Positions 52,646-64,000 of a stretch of DNA of 64,000 nt are shown piece by piece. Both the position numbers and the translations under genes were made by a program. Position 1 is the first letter of the stretch, and every line of letters starts with the position of its first letter. The DNA lies in the NCBI RefSeq assembly GCF_006345805.1, contig NC_043012.1, forward strand, positions 9,858,001 through 9,922,000, given 5' to 3'. The notes under the pieces were generated by a model. That model did no database searches. It was not told the origin of the DNA and saw only the letters and a program-made list of their open reading frames with translations. This DNA is from Octopus sinensis (Eukaryota).

Positions 52646-53030
52646 GTTGTGGCAAGATTTTTATGTGAAGTTTGTGTTGAAACACAGATATTGTTATATT
52701 TCGGAATGGTCATATTGCCAGTTTAGCCAATAAAAACACACGCACTATATATTTGGTGTTATTTTGCTTCAGTGATATTTATTTTTTACATTAATCTTAA
52801 TCTTATTCGGCCAAAGTTCTTTCGCGTCACACTCCTGTGACCGCATCAGTAAGTGAGAAGAAAACAAAGGACCACTGATGCGGTCACAGGAGTGTGACGA
52901 AAGAACTTGGCCGAAATAAGATTAAGATTAATGTAAAAAATAAATATCACTGAAGCAAAATACACCAAATATTAGTGCGTGGTTTTTATTGGCTAAACTG
53001 GCAATATGACCATTCCGAAATATAACAATA
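52645..53030. mobile_element. fold-back element in (TA)n with ~160 bp arms and a hammerhead-like motif at the inner ends
   Basis: 52688-52850 is the reverse complement of 52874-53030. CCA-CTGATGC-GGTCAC..GTGAC-GAAA-GAAC-T-TGG at 52872-52912. Confidence 0.7.
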
Positions 53031-53346
53031 TATATATATATATATATATCAATCGCCATGACTGATCTTAATCCACAACTCTTTATTTCTCTGTTTATTT
53101 TCTCTTATTCCTTTCTGTTGATGAGCGTAAGCGCGAAACATAAAAGACTGTCTCACTTTTCCGATCGTTAAATTAGTACACATGCTTGCTGTTCATACAC
53201 CTGTCTTCGTCTTTAGTCTTTTGTAAATTTTCACTATATATATATATGTATAAAATATTATTATATATATATATATCTATATATATAATATATATACATA
53301 CACACACACACCACACATATACATATATACATATACATATATATAT

Positions 53347-53436
<90 letters not shown>

Positions 53437-54331
53437 ATCACCAAGCTGTAAGGCAAATTCTGTCTGGAGGATTCCAAAGAAAATGTCGGCGAAACTCGAG
53501 TTCAGAACAAAATATGATAATCAGTTATTTTAAGAAGTTAATCTGCAAAACATTTTCTTGCATTATACTGCACTCTATATTAAAATTTGCGTAGATATTA
53601 GCATTTACGATGGGCGGTTGCCTCACAATCTTTTCCGATTCTTGCACTGATATACAAAAGGAAATTAAAAAAACAAATAACGAAAAGGAAAATCTAATTG
53701 GCTGTGGCCTTCAGGCTTTGCAAGAAATTATCTTGGCTTTCTTCTTAAAACAATGAATATTTTGGTGAGAAACAAATATTTTATACGAATAATAATTGTA
53801 CTAAAATGTCAAAAATGTATAATTTCCTGTTTCTGACCTGTGGTACTTTATAATTCAAGTTGATAGATAAGACAAAAATATCATATTTGAAATGAATGCC
53901 CCCGAGTTAGTCTAAAACAACCTTCATCAATCAGGAAGGAAAAATGTCTGCAGGCCACTATTATATACGTGCCACCACACAACAGCAGCAGCAGCAGCAG
54001 CAACAACATGGACAAGAAACAGAAACAGAAACAACGCCATCGATAATGATACCGACGCTGACGACGATGACGACGATAATGACGACGATCAGCAAGAGTT
54101 TTATAAAAGTAGTATTTACTTGCTTCATTTATCGCGGTATATGTGAGTGTCGGGAGATTTCCTTATAGCAAGTAAAGGACATAGGAGTTGAAGGGGTCGG
54201 TTAAACTAAGGACAGAAAGAAAAAGGCTGGCGTAAATATGCGAAAATACGCGGACGCACAGACACAGAGAGGAACATACGTACACACTCAAACACGCACA
54301 CACATATGTATATATATATATATATATGTAT

Positions 54332-54377
<46 letters not shown>

Positions 54378-54453
54378 ATAATATATATATATTATATATA
54401 TTATATATATATATATATATATAATATATATATATACATATATATATATACAC

Positions 54454-54484
<31 letters not shown>

Positions 54485-54504
54485 CACATATATATATATA
54501 CACG

Positions 54505-54537
<33 letters not shown>

Positions 54538-54652
54538 GTATATGTATGTATATATATGTATGTATTTGTATATACGTAGATATATAAACGATTACATGTG
54601 TTTGTATATGTATCTCTCTTTCTGTCTGTCTATAACTACACACACACATGCA

Positions 54653-54696
<44 letters not shown>

Positions 54697-55213
54697 GCAT
54701 GTGTTTGTTGGAAGAAGTATCTTGTTGTAAAGAACTTAGTTCCCCCTAATGACCATCATGTGTTAACGATGTCGTTTTATTTCAATTGTAGACCTGAAAC
54801 ATGCGAGTCTTGAGAGATAAATGGGATTTTGTTGTGACAAACATAGGACTGACATGCAAAAAGCGCATTGATCGACGGGTTCACATTCCTATTTACGATG
54901 GAAATTTCAGTTTTGTCACACAAACTCATCAACATATAAACGCAATAGCAAACCCAGAATGACCACTATTGATTGTTGATCGCTAGAAAGTACTCCGAGA
55001 GGATGCAGAAACTGAGTGCGGCGTTGATGAGGTTTACGATAGTTACCAACATCAACTACGAATTCTAGAACACAAGATAAAAATCAACGTTTCTGCGTAA
55101 GTGATAAACACGCGCGGGCATACACGCCCGCACACTCACACACATACACACGCACACACGCACATATATGTATATCTATGTATATAAATATGTATGTATA
55201 TGTGTATATATAC

Positions 55214-55256
<43 letters not shown>

Positions 55257-55599
55257 GTGAGTATGTGTGTGTAGTATATGTACATCTGTGTGGATATACA
55301 TGCATCTACGTGAAAAAATACAAAGTGCACATACATGTAGAGATATACGTCAACATTTTTACAAGCAAATGCATTAAGCAGTTTTGAGATTTATGTATAG
55401 AAATCACGTGGCTGTAATAGGCGATGAAGTGGTAGATTCATTCGGATGCGATTTTATTTTATCATGTGAGTTCAAATCTCGCCTTTCATTGCCTTTCTGT
55501 CAGTGCAGATACCAAGGACATTTTCTCCAATGGCTACTGCGAATCAGTCTCTTTACACAAAAAGGCTAAATACCTGTCTGTGACTGGGCTCTACAGACC

Positions 55600-55980
55600 C
55601 CTCAAGCACCCATAAACTATTTCCAAGAGTGCTTTGAAAAGATGAAATCTTTCTTCCTGCAATGTAACCCAGGAAATATTTTGATCAATAAAATTTTAAC
55701 ATTCTGAGAGAACTCAGCCCACACTTCCTTCTTCAATAACTCTTTTGATGTCTGCCATTCGAGCAGTTTTCCTTCGTCCTTTTTGAAAATTCAGTGATTG
55801 TAAAGTGCTTTCTTACAATTGCTTCAGTTTGCCGTGGTTTCATTTGTTTCTGGATGTAGTTGAAATGGTGTATGTGGTTGTTGAAAACTTCTTTGAGTAA
55901 CCTCCTATGTATGTTTTTACAGCTGTTTCTGTTTCTGAGAGTGCTACTGGTTATAGCTCCTGGTGGCCTTTGCAGTTATA
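55600..55980 (-). pseudogene. degenerate Penelope-type GIY-YIG endonuclease remnant
   Basis: Minus strand pieces KTYIG ... FNNHIHHF ... NETT ... RKCGL ... HCRK are in the order of the Penelope motif YIG..F..RYNNH..SF....T.LS...C.LC..EK...CRH. Many indels. Confidence 0.45.
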
Positions 55981-57494
55981 CTGAGAGCAGTGTAATGATC
56001 TACAATTACCCAAAATGGGACAGAACAGACTTGAAGTAACACGTTTTATCACATGTATAGCTCCTTAGTGTTTTACCTACCACAATTACTAACGTTTATT
56101 TACAGCCTGCCCCCGAATACGAATGGTCGGAAATGCCTGGCAAGTTTCCATATATAACTAACATCTGATACTCGATCGATATTCCGCTTCAATTTTGGCG
56201 GAGAATGGATTTTAAATTAACCACCTTACTGAGTTCCATAACTTTTATCGCACTTAGTTGTTGCCTGTGATGTGAAACATCACCAGCTTTCTTTTCGTAA
56301 CAATGTCGTTATGTGCAATGCGCATAACGACATGTTTGTTACATGTCTGGCTTCCAAGCAGATTTTGCACATATTATATTTTTTTCATTCCACATACCTT
56401 AGTGCCTACCAAATGTCTTGGAAACATAGTTCAATTCGTGCCACACGTAAGTGCTATGGCCTTACGTCAACCGTCTATATATGCATTTATGAGGGAGTTT
56501 TTTCGTTTCATGTTTCAAAGAAAATTATGCTCCAGGCCGTGTTACATCACGTTTCAACTGTCCTATGTATAACTTCTTTCCATGAAGCGATTGTATTGTC
56601 AACTCAATTGTTATTAACGCAAAGGAAATTCTTTGTTTGCTTTTTTCGATGTTGTTGTTGTCGTCCATGTTATCGTTGATGTTGTTGTTATTTTTCTTCT
56701 CGTTTCAGATATTCCATCAGTGAATATAAACACTATCAGGAGCAAATGACATACCATGAACTGAAACGGTGCCATTTGTTACCACGAGTGCCCGTTGTGA
56801 TAAAACTGGCACCCGTGCTGGTCATATTTTCTCGCTCTTATCGTGTTTCTAATTTGGCCTCTTTCACTCCCACATCGTTACATTCTTCACCAGTAAGCAA
56901 TATCATTCTCCACACGGATTCATACATTTTCGTACAAAATGTTAAATTTTATGAAAACGAAATATTATGCAGGTGATTCGCTTGAGGTGGGATCGAGCAA
57001 ATGTAGCTAATTTCTTTGTGCAACTGACAGAAGTTTTCAAGAAAAACATCCAATTTTGAATGGAATCAGAAAATTATTGAAATTTTCCTAATCTGAGATC
57101 TTTTTCGTCAATGCCCAAAGTAACTACAACAACAGCTATTACTCACATCAATGATTTTTTTTCTTCATTCGGTACAATTGCAGCTATTTTAGAAAACAAG
57201 AGTTGGTAAATTTCATTGCCTACACTGCTTGTTCGACACTCAATTTTATCGATCTCAAAACAACGAAAGTCAAAGTTGACCTCAGATAGATTTGAAAACG
57301 GAAAGCAAACAAGCGGAAGATATGTCACTGAACATTTTGGCCAATACGACACTAATCACTATGCCAGCACACTGCTTAATGATAATATATTTGATATCGG
57401 TCGGATTTGAAGGTGGAACGTAACGAACCATAGTAAATACGGACGAAAACGAATGATGATAATGATAAGCTGACATATATATATTCTTTTTTTT

Positions 57495-57695
57495 AATTTT
57501 TATTTGTTTCAGTTATTTGAGTACGGCCAAGCTGGAACACCTCCTTCGTCGAACAAATCCACCTCAGGACTTATTCCTTATAAATCTAGTACTTATTCTA
57601 TCGGCCTCTTTTGCAGAACCGGTAAGTGACGGGTACGTAAACACACCAACATCGGTTGTCAACCGATGGTGGGAGGAATAACAGAGACCCAAGTA
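57495..57695 (-). mobile_element. SINE family C 3' half
   Basis: Reverse complement of 14260-14460. Confidence 0.8.
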
Positions 57696-57702
57696 ACACA
57701 CA

Positions 57703-57754
<52 letters not shown>

Positions 57755-57759
57755 CATAT

Positions 57760-58060
57760 ATGGCCCAGTAGTTAGCGCAGCGGACTTGCGGTTGTAGGAT
57801 CGCGGTTTCGATTCGCAGAACGGGCGTTGTGAGGGTTTATTGAACAAAAATACTCTAAAGCTCCACGAGGCTCCAGCAGAGGGGGGGGTGATCCCTGCTG
57901 TACTCTTTCGCCACAACTTTCTCTCACACTTTCTTCTGTTGGTCTGCTCGCTTAACCAGCGGGGTGGCATCATTTGAAGGCTAAAACAATGCGAAGCGAA
58001 TTCTCTCCAAGGATATGTAGCAACATCTGATAGCCTGGTCGGTCACGGTGATCAGGGTGA
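57760..58060 (+). mobile_element. SINE family A
   Basis: Aligns with 443-745. Confidence 0.88.
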
Positions 58061-58078
58061 TATATATATAATATATAT

Positions 58079-58149
<71 letters not shown>

Positions 58150-58195
58150 CATACACACACACACATATATATAGTATATATATGCATGTATATGA

Positions 58196-58226
<31 letters not shown>

Positions 58227-58941
58227 TACATATATATACTATATATATATATATATATAGATATATATATATATATATATAGATATATATATATATGCAT
58301 GATACATACATACATTCATATATACATACATACATACATACATACATACATACATAATACATACATACATACATACATACATGCATATATACATAACATA
58401 TCAAGTATCAAATTAGTTATAATTGATAACATTTCTAAATTTCTTTCTTTAAAAAGGGATCTGGAAAGGATGCAAATAAAATGTTTGACGAAGAAACAAA
58501 ATTTTTTCTTTATGCATTTATAAACGTATATTAATTTACATTCGCTGTATTTCGGATGTAAAATAGGAAAGAAAATAAGTAAATTAAAACTAATAAAATA
58601 CTTGTTATGGAGGAAATAGAGAATTAGAAAAAAATAATAGGAAGATATAGCGAAGTACAAATAGAAAAACATACTCCAACTTCAATTTCATACGCAAAAT
58701 TTGTTTCAAAACGATGAGTGCAAATGGAAAATTATTGATACGTACGTTTTTTTCCCTTTCCTCCTTTATATATATCGCTGCAAATGTCCATTTGCATTCC
58801 TCCTAGAAATCCACCATCTCTTGTTCAGCTCATTCAAATTTCATTAAACGCACACACACACACACACACACAAACACACACCACTACATACAAACACACC
58901 ACACACACGTACACAAATACACAGTCATTCACACAAACAGA

Positions 58942-58989
<48 letters not shown>

Positions 58990-59180
58990 AATCTGTCTGT
59001 CTGTCTGTCTGTATGTCTGTCTGTCTGTCTGTCTGTCTGTCTGACTGTCTATCTGCCTGTCTGCCTCTCTCTCTCTATATCTATCTACCTCTCCCCCTCT
59101 CTATTTCAGTCTGTCTCTTTCTCCCTCTCTCTATATATAATATATGTATATATATATTATATATATTATATATATATATA

Positions 59181-59242
59181 TGGCGGTGCCCCAGCATGGC
59201 CACAGCTCATAAGCTGAAACTGGAAAAATCAAAATCAAAATC

Positions 59243-59243
<1 letters not shown>
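59181..59243 (+). mobile_element. isolated CR1-like LINE / SINE C 3' tail
   Basis: GGCGGTGCCCCAGCATGGCCACAGC..AGCTGAAAC followed by (AAATC)n. Confidence 0.7.
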
Positions 59244-59279
<36 letters not shown>

Positions 59280-59404
59280 CATACATATATAGGAGGGTGG
59301 GGAGACTACGATGGAAGTGGTGGTAGAGGTTTAGAATAATTTGGAATGGTATGAGAAAGAATTAAACTATATTTGTGTGTGCACACACTTGTACACATAC
59401 GCCT

Positions 59405-59452
<48 letters not shown>

Positions 59453-59487
59453 ACACTCTCCACACAGATTCATACATTTTCGTACAA

Positions 59488-59538
<51 letters not shown>

Positions 59539-59557
59539 TATATGTATATATATATAT

Positions 59558-60500
59558 ATAAGAAAATGGTGAGGATACAAAATCGACATACATCAGCTGG
59601 GATACATTCTAGTATGTCTATTTATTCCAATGTATTAGAATGCATAAGATGAATACATACACATGCATTAACCATGCATTACATACACATTTACTAATAT
59701 TACAAAAAAGAGCAAAATATCAGATTGTCAGTAGGTGCTAGTTCCTTACGGCCGTTTCTGCCAAGAAGTAACGAAATCCTCCATGCCACCTCCACCTATT
59801 CAGTGTCCTGTTGTAGGGATGGGCAAATAAAGTTTGGATGATGAATGTGCCTCTAGGCTTCTTCAGTGGGTCTAAGTGGTTGGGAGGGTCAATACATATA
59901 AGAAATATTTAACAATAGGTACAGTGTGTTTGTCTTTTTTTTTTAAAAGAATAGGAGAAAGAACAAGAACAATCATGTGGATGTGAGTGAAGTTCAACTT
60001 AGTATAAAATTTAGGTATAGCAAGAGGAATAAGATACAGACTTCCCGTGGTGTATTCTAATATCCATGTTATTTCGTACAATGGTGGATAGATAAATATA
60101 GTTGTTCTCAGGAAGAGTTTTTTCAGGAAGGGTGAATTTAGTCAGTAGTTTGCATTGTTTACATAAAAATTCCCAGTATTTTTACATACAATTACAGTGG
60201 TAGATTTGAAGGTATAGTCCGTGTTACAGAAGTGAAAGTTTATATCTAAAGTGCCAGCCAGTAGGTGCAACGTTGCGGAAGGTATGGCATAAGCAACCTA
60301 TGATGGTGAACCTATCATGGAAAGATTTGGTGTATGACTGTACTAATGAGAGTAAGGAACCAGGTGGGACCAACGTGTGGTGTTGGCGTTCGTTACTTTT
60401 TGCCGAGCAACAAGTCTCGGAATCCCTGTGTGTTGTGGGGTAGTGGTAATGGCCAGTCCTACAATCTAATTGGTCAGCTATTTCTTTTGAAAACCATCCT
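59558..60500 (-). mobile_element. Penelope-like element remnant between (TA)n tracts
   Basis: Hammerhead motif, AATAAA (plus-strand TTTATT near 59620) and a minus-strand terminus ..CCATTTTCT shared with 17328-18020. Confidence 0.55.
59743..59870 (-). ncRNA. type I hammerhead ribozyme motif, partly degenerate
   Basis: Minus strand: CCA-CTGAAGA-AGCC..GGCA-GAAA-CGGCCG-TA^AGG, with palindromic stem III ACGGCCGT. First pairs of stems I and II are mismatched. Confidence 0.65.
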
Positions 60501-60523
60501 ATATATATATATATGTATGTATG

Positions 60524-60578
<55 letters not shown>

Positions 60579-60584
60579 CACGTT

Positions 60585-60643
<59 letters not shown>

Positions 60644-61644
60644 GTATATATATATATATATATATAATATATATATATATAAACACACTCACACACACAC
60701 ACACACACCACACACACACACACACACATATATATTATATATATATATATATTATATGTAAATGCATATACATACATGTGTACTCACAAGCACACGTACA
60801 CACATCTATATATAAATAAATATGAGGAAATATGTTCATGGTAACAAGCATGCATATTTGCATATTTATCAAATGTATCTATATTGTTATGGACACTGTA
60901 TTTTTCACGGTATTTATCACCTTAATTTGGAAAACAACACCTGATTTCTCTTTAATAGAATTTGGAGCCTACTTAATAAGGCGTTATTTGCGAGACATAA
61001 TTTCAGCATCTTTATAAAAACCAGAACTCTAGCATATTGAATACTTGAAAATGAATTAGAATTATAATTTTGTTAATAGAATGGAAAAATATCTGAAAAG
61101 TAGTATTTAAAACTTATTTAATATAGTTGTTTATCTTACAATTATTTTCTTTCTGATTAAGTTGTAATGATCTTTACGCGAAATATAATACTATCCAGGT
61201 TTTCCCAATTTTCCAATTTATTTGTATTACTTCCATTTTAATTGGTAGGGCTTACACATGATTTAGAAACACGTGTGACATTACAAACAGTGTTATGTTA
61301 CAAATCTGATAATTTAGTGTTCGATGTATAGATGATGACTGCATTAATTTATGATTATTTCATTTATCCTTGTCAGTAAAGACCATTAACTTTACATTTC
61401 AAGTAAATTTACATCAAAATATTCAGACATTTTGGGACATTAAATCAACATTTGAACCTAATTTTCTCTCTCGTTATTGCCCCTCTTCTTTGTCAATACA
61501 CTATTTGATTTGGTTTCAACAGATTCATATATTGATTAATTGTTCCTCCTTAGACTACGTTTTAGGATTTAGTAAATATAAAACTAAACAAAATATAAAA
61601 CAAAATGAATGTTAATACAATAATTACTACAATACTTAATTAAT

Positions 61645-61810
61645 AGCCGTAGGAGTGGCTGTGTGGTAAGTAGCTTCCTTACGAACCACATGGTTCCGGG
61701 TTCAGTTCCACTGCATGGCACCTTGGGCAAGTGTTTTCTATATAGCCTCGGGCCGACCAAAGCCTTGTGAGTAGATTTGGTAGACGGAAACTGAAAGAAG
61801 TCCATCGTAC

Positions 61811-61841
<31 letters not shown>

Positions 61842-61844
61842 ACC

Positions 61845-61876
<32 letters not shown>

Positions 61877-62092
61877 TTATGTGTCTGTGTTTGTCCCCCT
61901 AGCATCGCTTGAGAAACGATACTGGTGTGTTTACGTCCCCCGTAACGTAGCGGTTCGGCAAAAGATACCGATAGAATGAGTACTAGGCTTACAAAGAATA
62001 AGTCCTGGGGTCGATTTGCTCGATCGACTAAAGGCGGTGCTCCCGCATGGTCACAGTCAAATGACAGAAACAAGTAAAAGAGTTAAAGAGTA
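61645..62092 (+). mobile_element. SINE family C, full length
   Basis: Aligns end to end with 14033-14474. Confidence 0.9.
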
Positions 62093-62199
62093 ATACTAAA
62101 ATAGTTATGGTTTATCATGTCCGGAATGGTGTTATACGTACAGCTGAGGAGATGTAACAAAACTATTGTAAACTCCTATTCTGAAGCAACTAAATATAT

Positions 62200-62430
62200 G
62201 TTTTTTTATTGCCCGCAAGGGGCTAAAAATAGAGGGGAGAAACAAGGACAGACAAAGGCATTCAGTCGATTACATCCACCCCAGTGCGAAAATGGTACTT
62301 TATTTATCGACCCCGAAAGGATGAAAGGCAAACTCGACCTCTGCGGAATTTGAACTCAGAACATAACGACAGACGAAATAGGGATAAGCATTTCGCCCGG
62401 CGCGCTAACATGTCTGCCAGCTCGCCGCCT
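62200..62430 (-). mobile_element. SINE family B monomer
   Basis: Reverse complement of 33786-34018. Confidence 0.88.
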
Positions 62431-62431
62431 T

Positions 62432-62537
62432 TCTTTAGCCGAACCCCTAAATATGGGGACATGAACACACCAATATCAGTTGTCCATTAATCGTTGGGGG
62501 ACAAAAAGAGACACAAAGACCACTCACACACTCACTC

Positions 62538-62603
<66 letters not shown>

Positions 62604-62795
62604 ACTTACACACACATATATATATACACATACGACAGTCTTATTTCAGTGTTCGTCTACTAAATCCACTCAGAAGGCTTTGGTCGGCCCGAGGCCATAG
62701 TTGAAGACATTTGGCCGAGGTGCCACGCAGTGAAACTGAAACCAGAAAGATTCTGTTTCATGTGGCTGGGAAGCACGCTTCTCACCACACACCCA
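62432..62795 (-). mobile_element. degenerate SINE family C
   Basis: AAATCCACTCA.AAGGCTTTGGTCGGCCCGAGGC.ATAG..AGGTGCCACGCAGTG. Confidence 0.8.
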
Positions 62796-63049
62796 TATAT
62801 ACCTGTGCATGTGTCTATGTGTTGTCCCCTCGCATACCTGTTGACAATCGTCGTTGTTTGTGTACCATACAAACCAGTGCAAGGTCATGGTCGCAGTCCG
62901 AACACTGTAACGAGTAAAGCCTAAAGAATATTAACACTGCTCCTTTCAATTGTCAGCATGTGAAGAGATGGATAAAACATGTGTTGGTTCTGCCGGAGTA
63001 CAATATTCCAGAGTAGATCCGTTGTATTCTACAGGCTAATAACACTTTG

Positions 63050-63445
63050 TACTATATTTACAAGGTCTGAAATTTGGAGAACGGGCACATTCAATTACAT
63101 CGAACCCAGTGATTCACTGGTACGTAATTTATCGACCTCGAAAGTATGAAAGGTAAATGCGACCTCGGCATAATCTGAACTCAGAACGTAGCGTTAAACG
63201 AAATACCTATTTCTATTTCTTTCCTGCCCACAAGGGGCTACACACAGAGGGGACAGACACGGACAAACAAACGGTTTAAGTCGATTATATCGACCCCAGT
63301 GCGCAACTGGTACTTATTTAATCGACCTCGAAAGGATGAAAGGCAAAGTCGACCCCGGCGGAATTTGAACTCAGAACGTAGCGGCAAACGAAATACCGCT
63401 AAGCATTTCGCCCGGCATGCTAAAGTTTCTCCCAGCTCGCCATCT
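63050..63445 (-). mobile_element. two family B SINE units (young copy joined to an older variant)
   Basis: Cores at ~63110-63200 and ~63300-63390. Confidence 0.85.
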
Positions 63446-64000
63446 TTTTTTACAAGGTAATGATAGAAAGTTACAATAAACCACAGAAAGATATAAGAAA
63501 AGTTTCACTCCCGTTAGATTTCATTGTAATAACAAGATTTAGAAATACTTAGTAGTAAATATTTGGCACGATATTACAAATATCTCATTGGAATATCGCT
63601 TTTGATATCTTCGTATGCGTAGGCAGGCATATGTATGTATGTATGCATGTTTCTATGTATGTACGTACGTATATATATATATATATATATAATATATATA
63701 TATATAATATATATATATTATATATATATATATATATATTATTACTATTATCAATATGTGTGCTTCCATACTTGTATGTGTATAAACAGGGAGAGAAGGA
63801 GGTATATATGTGTGTATGTATATATATATATATATATACACGCATGTATGTCTGTCCGTCCGTATCACAGTTATATATCCTCACGCATTTACTTATGCAA
63901 ATATATTCAGATGATAGTATGGAATTATGCATTTTCTGAAACAATAAATAAGATGCTTGAAAACGTATTTATCTTTGGGATAATCACATGAAATACATCT

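Noticed and set aside
55560-55700. Plus-strand GLYRP endonuclease-like motif
   Set aside because: Isolated short match; the minus-strand GIY-YIG reading explains more of the region.

Overview
Eukaryotic, AT-rich, gene-poor window made almost entirely of repeats. The SINE families and microsatellite load resemble an Octopus/cephalopod genome (inference). No intact host gene is recognisable, and nearly all short ORFs are microsatellite artefacts. Main contents: (i) a full-length, TSD-flanked Tx1/L1-clade LINE (22861-28762) inserted in an (ATCT)n tract; (ii) a 5'-truncated R4/Dong-type RLE retrotransposon (~6262-8840) plus two 3' fragments, in or next to (TAA)n or other triplet tracts; (iii) many tRNA-derived SINEs of at least four families, two of which have 3' tails matching LINE 3' ends in this window; (iv) RTE, CR1-like, hATm-like, Tigger-like MITE, Helitron-like and Penelope GIY-YIG remnants. 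The most striking signal is a set of several distinct non-coding elements, each embedded in (TA)n, carrying type I hammerhead-ribozyme motifs. Several are arranged as fold-back palindromes that place a ribozyme on both strands (16197-17283, 21439-21665, 29881-30105, 52645-53030), with single ribozymes at 17496-17608 and 59743-59870. They look like a (TA)n-targeted system of non-autonomous Penelope-like/retrozyme-like elements. All alignments and folds were done by eye.
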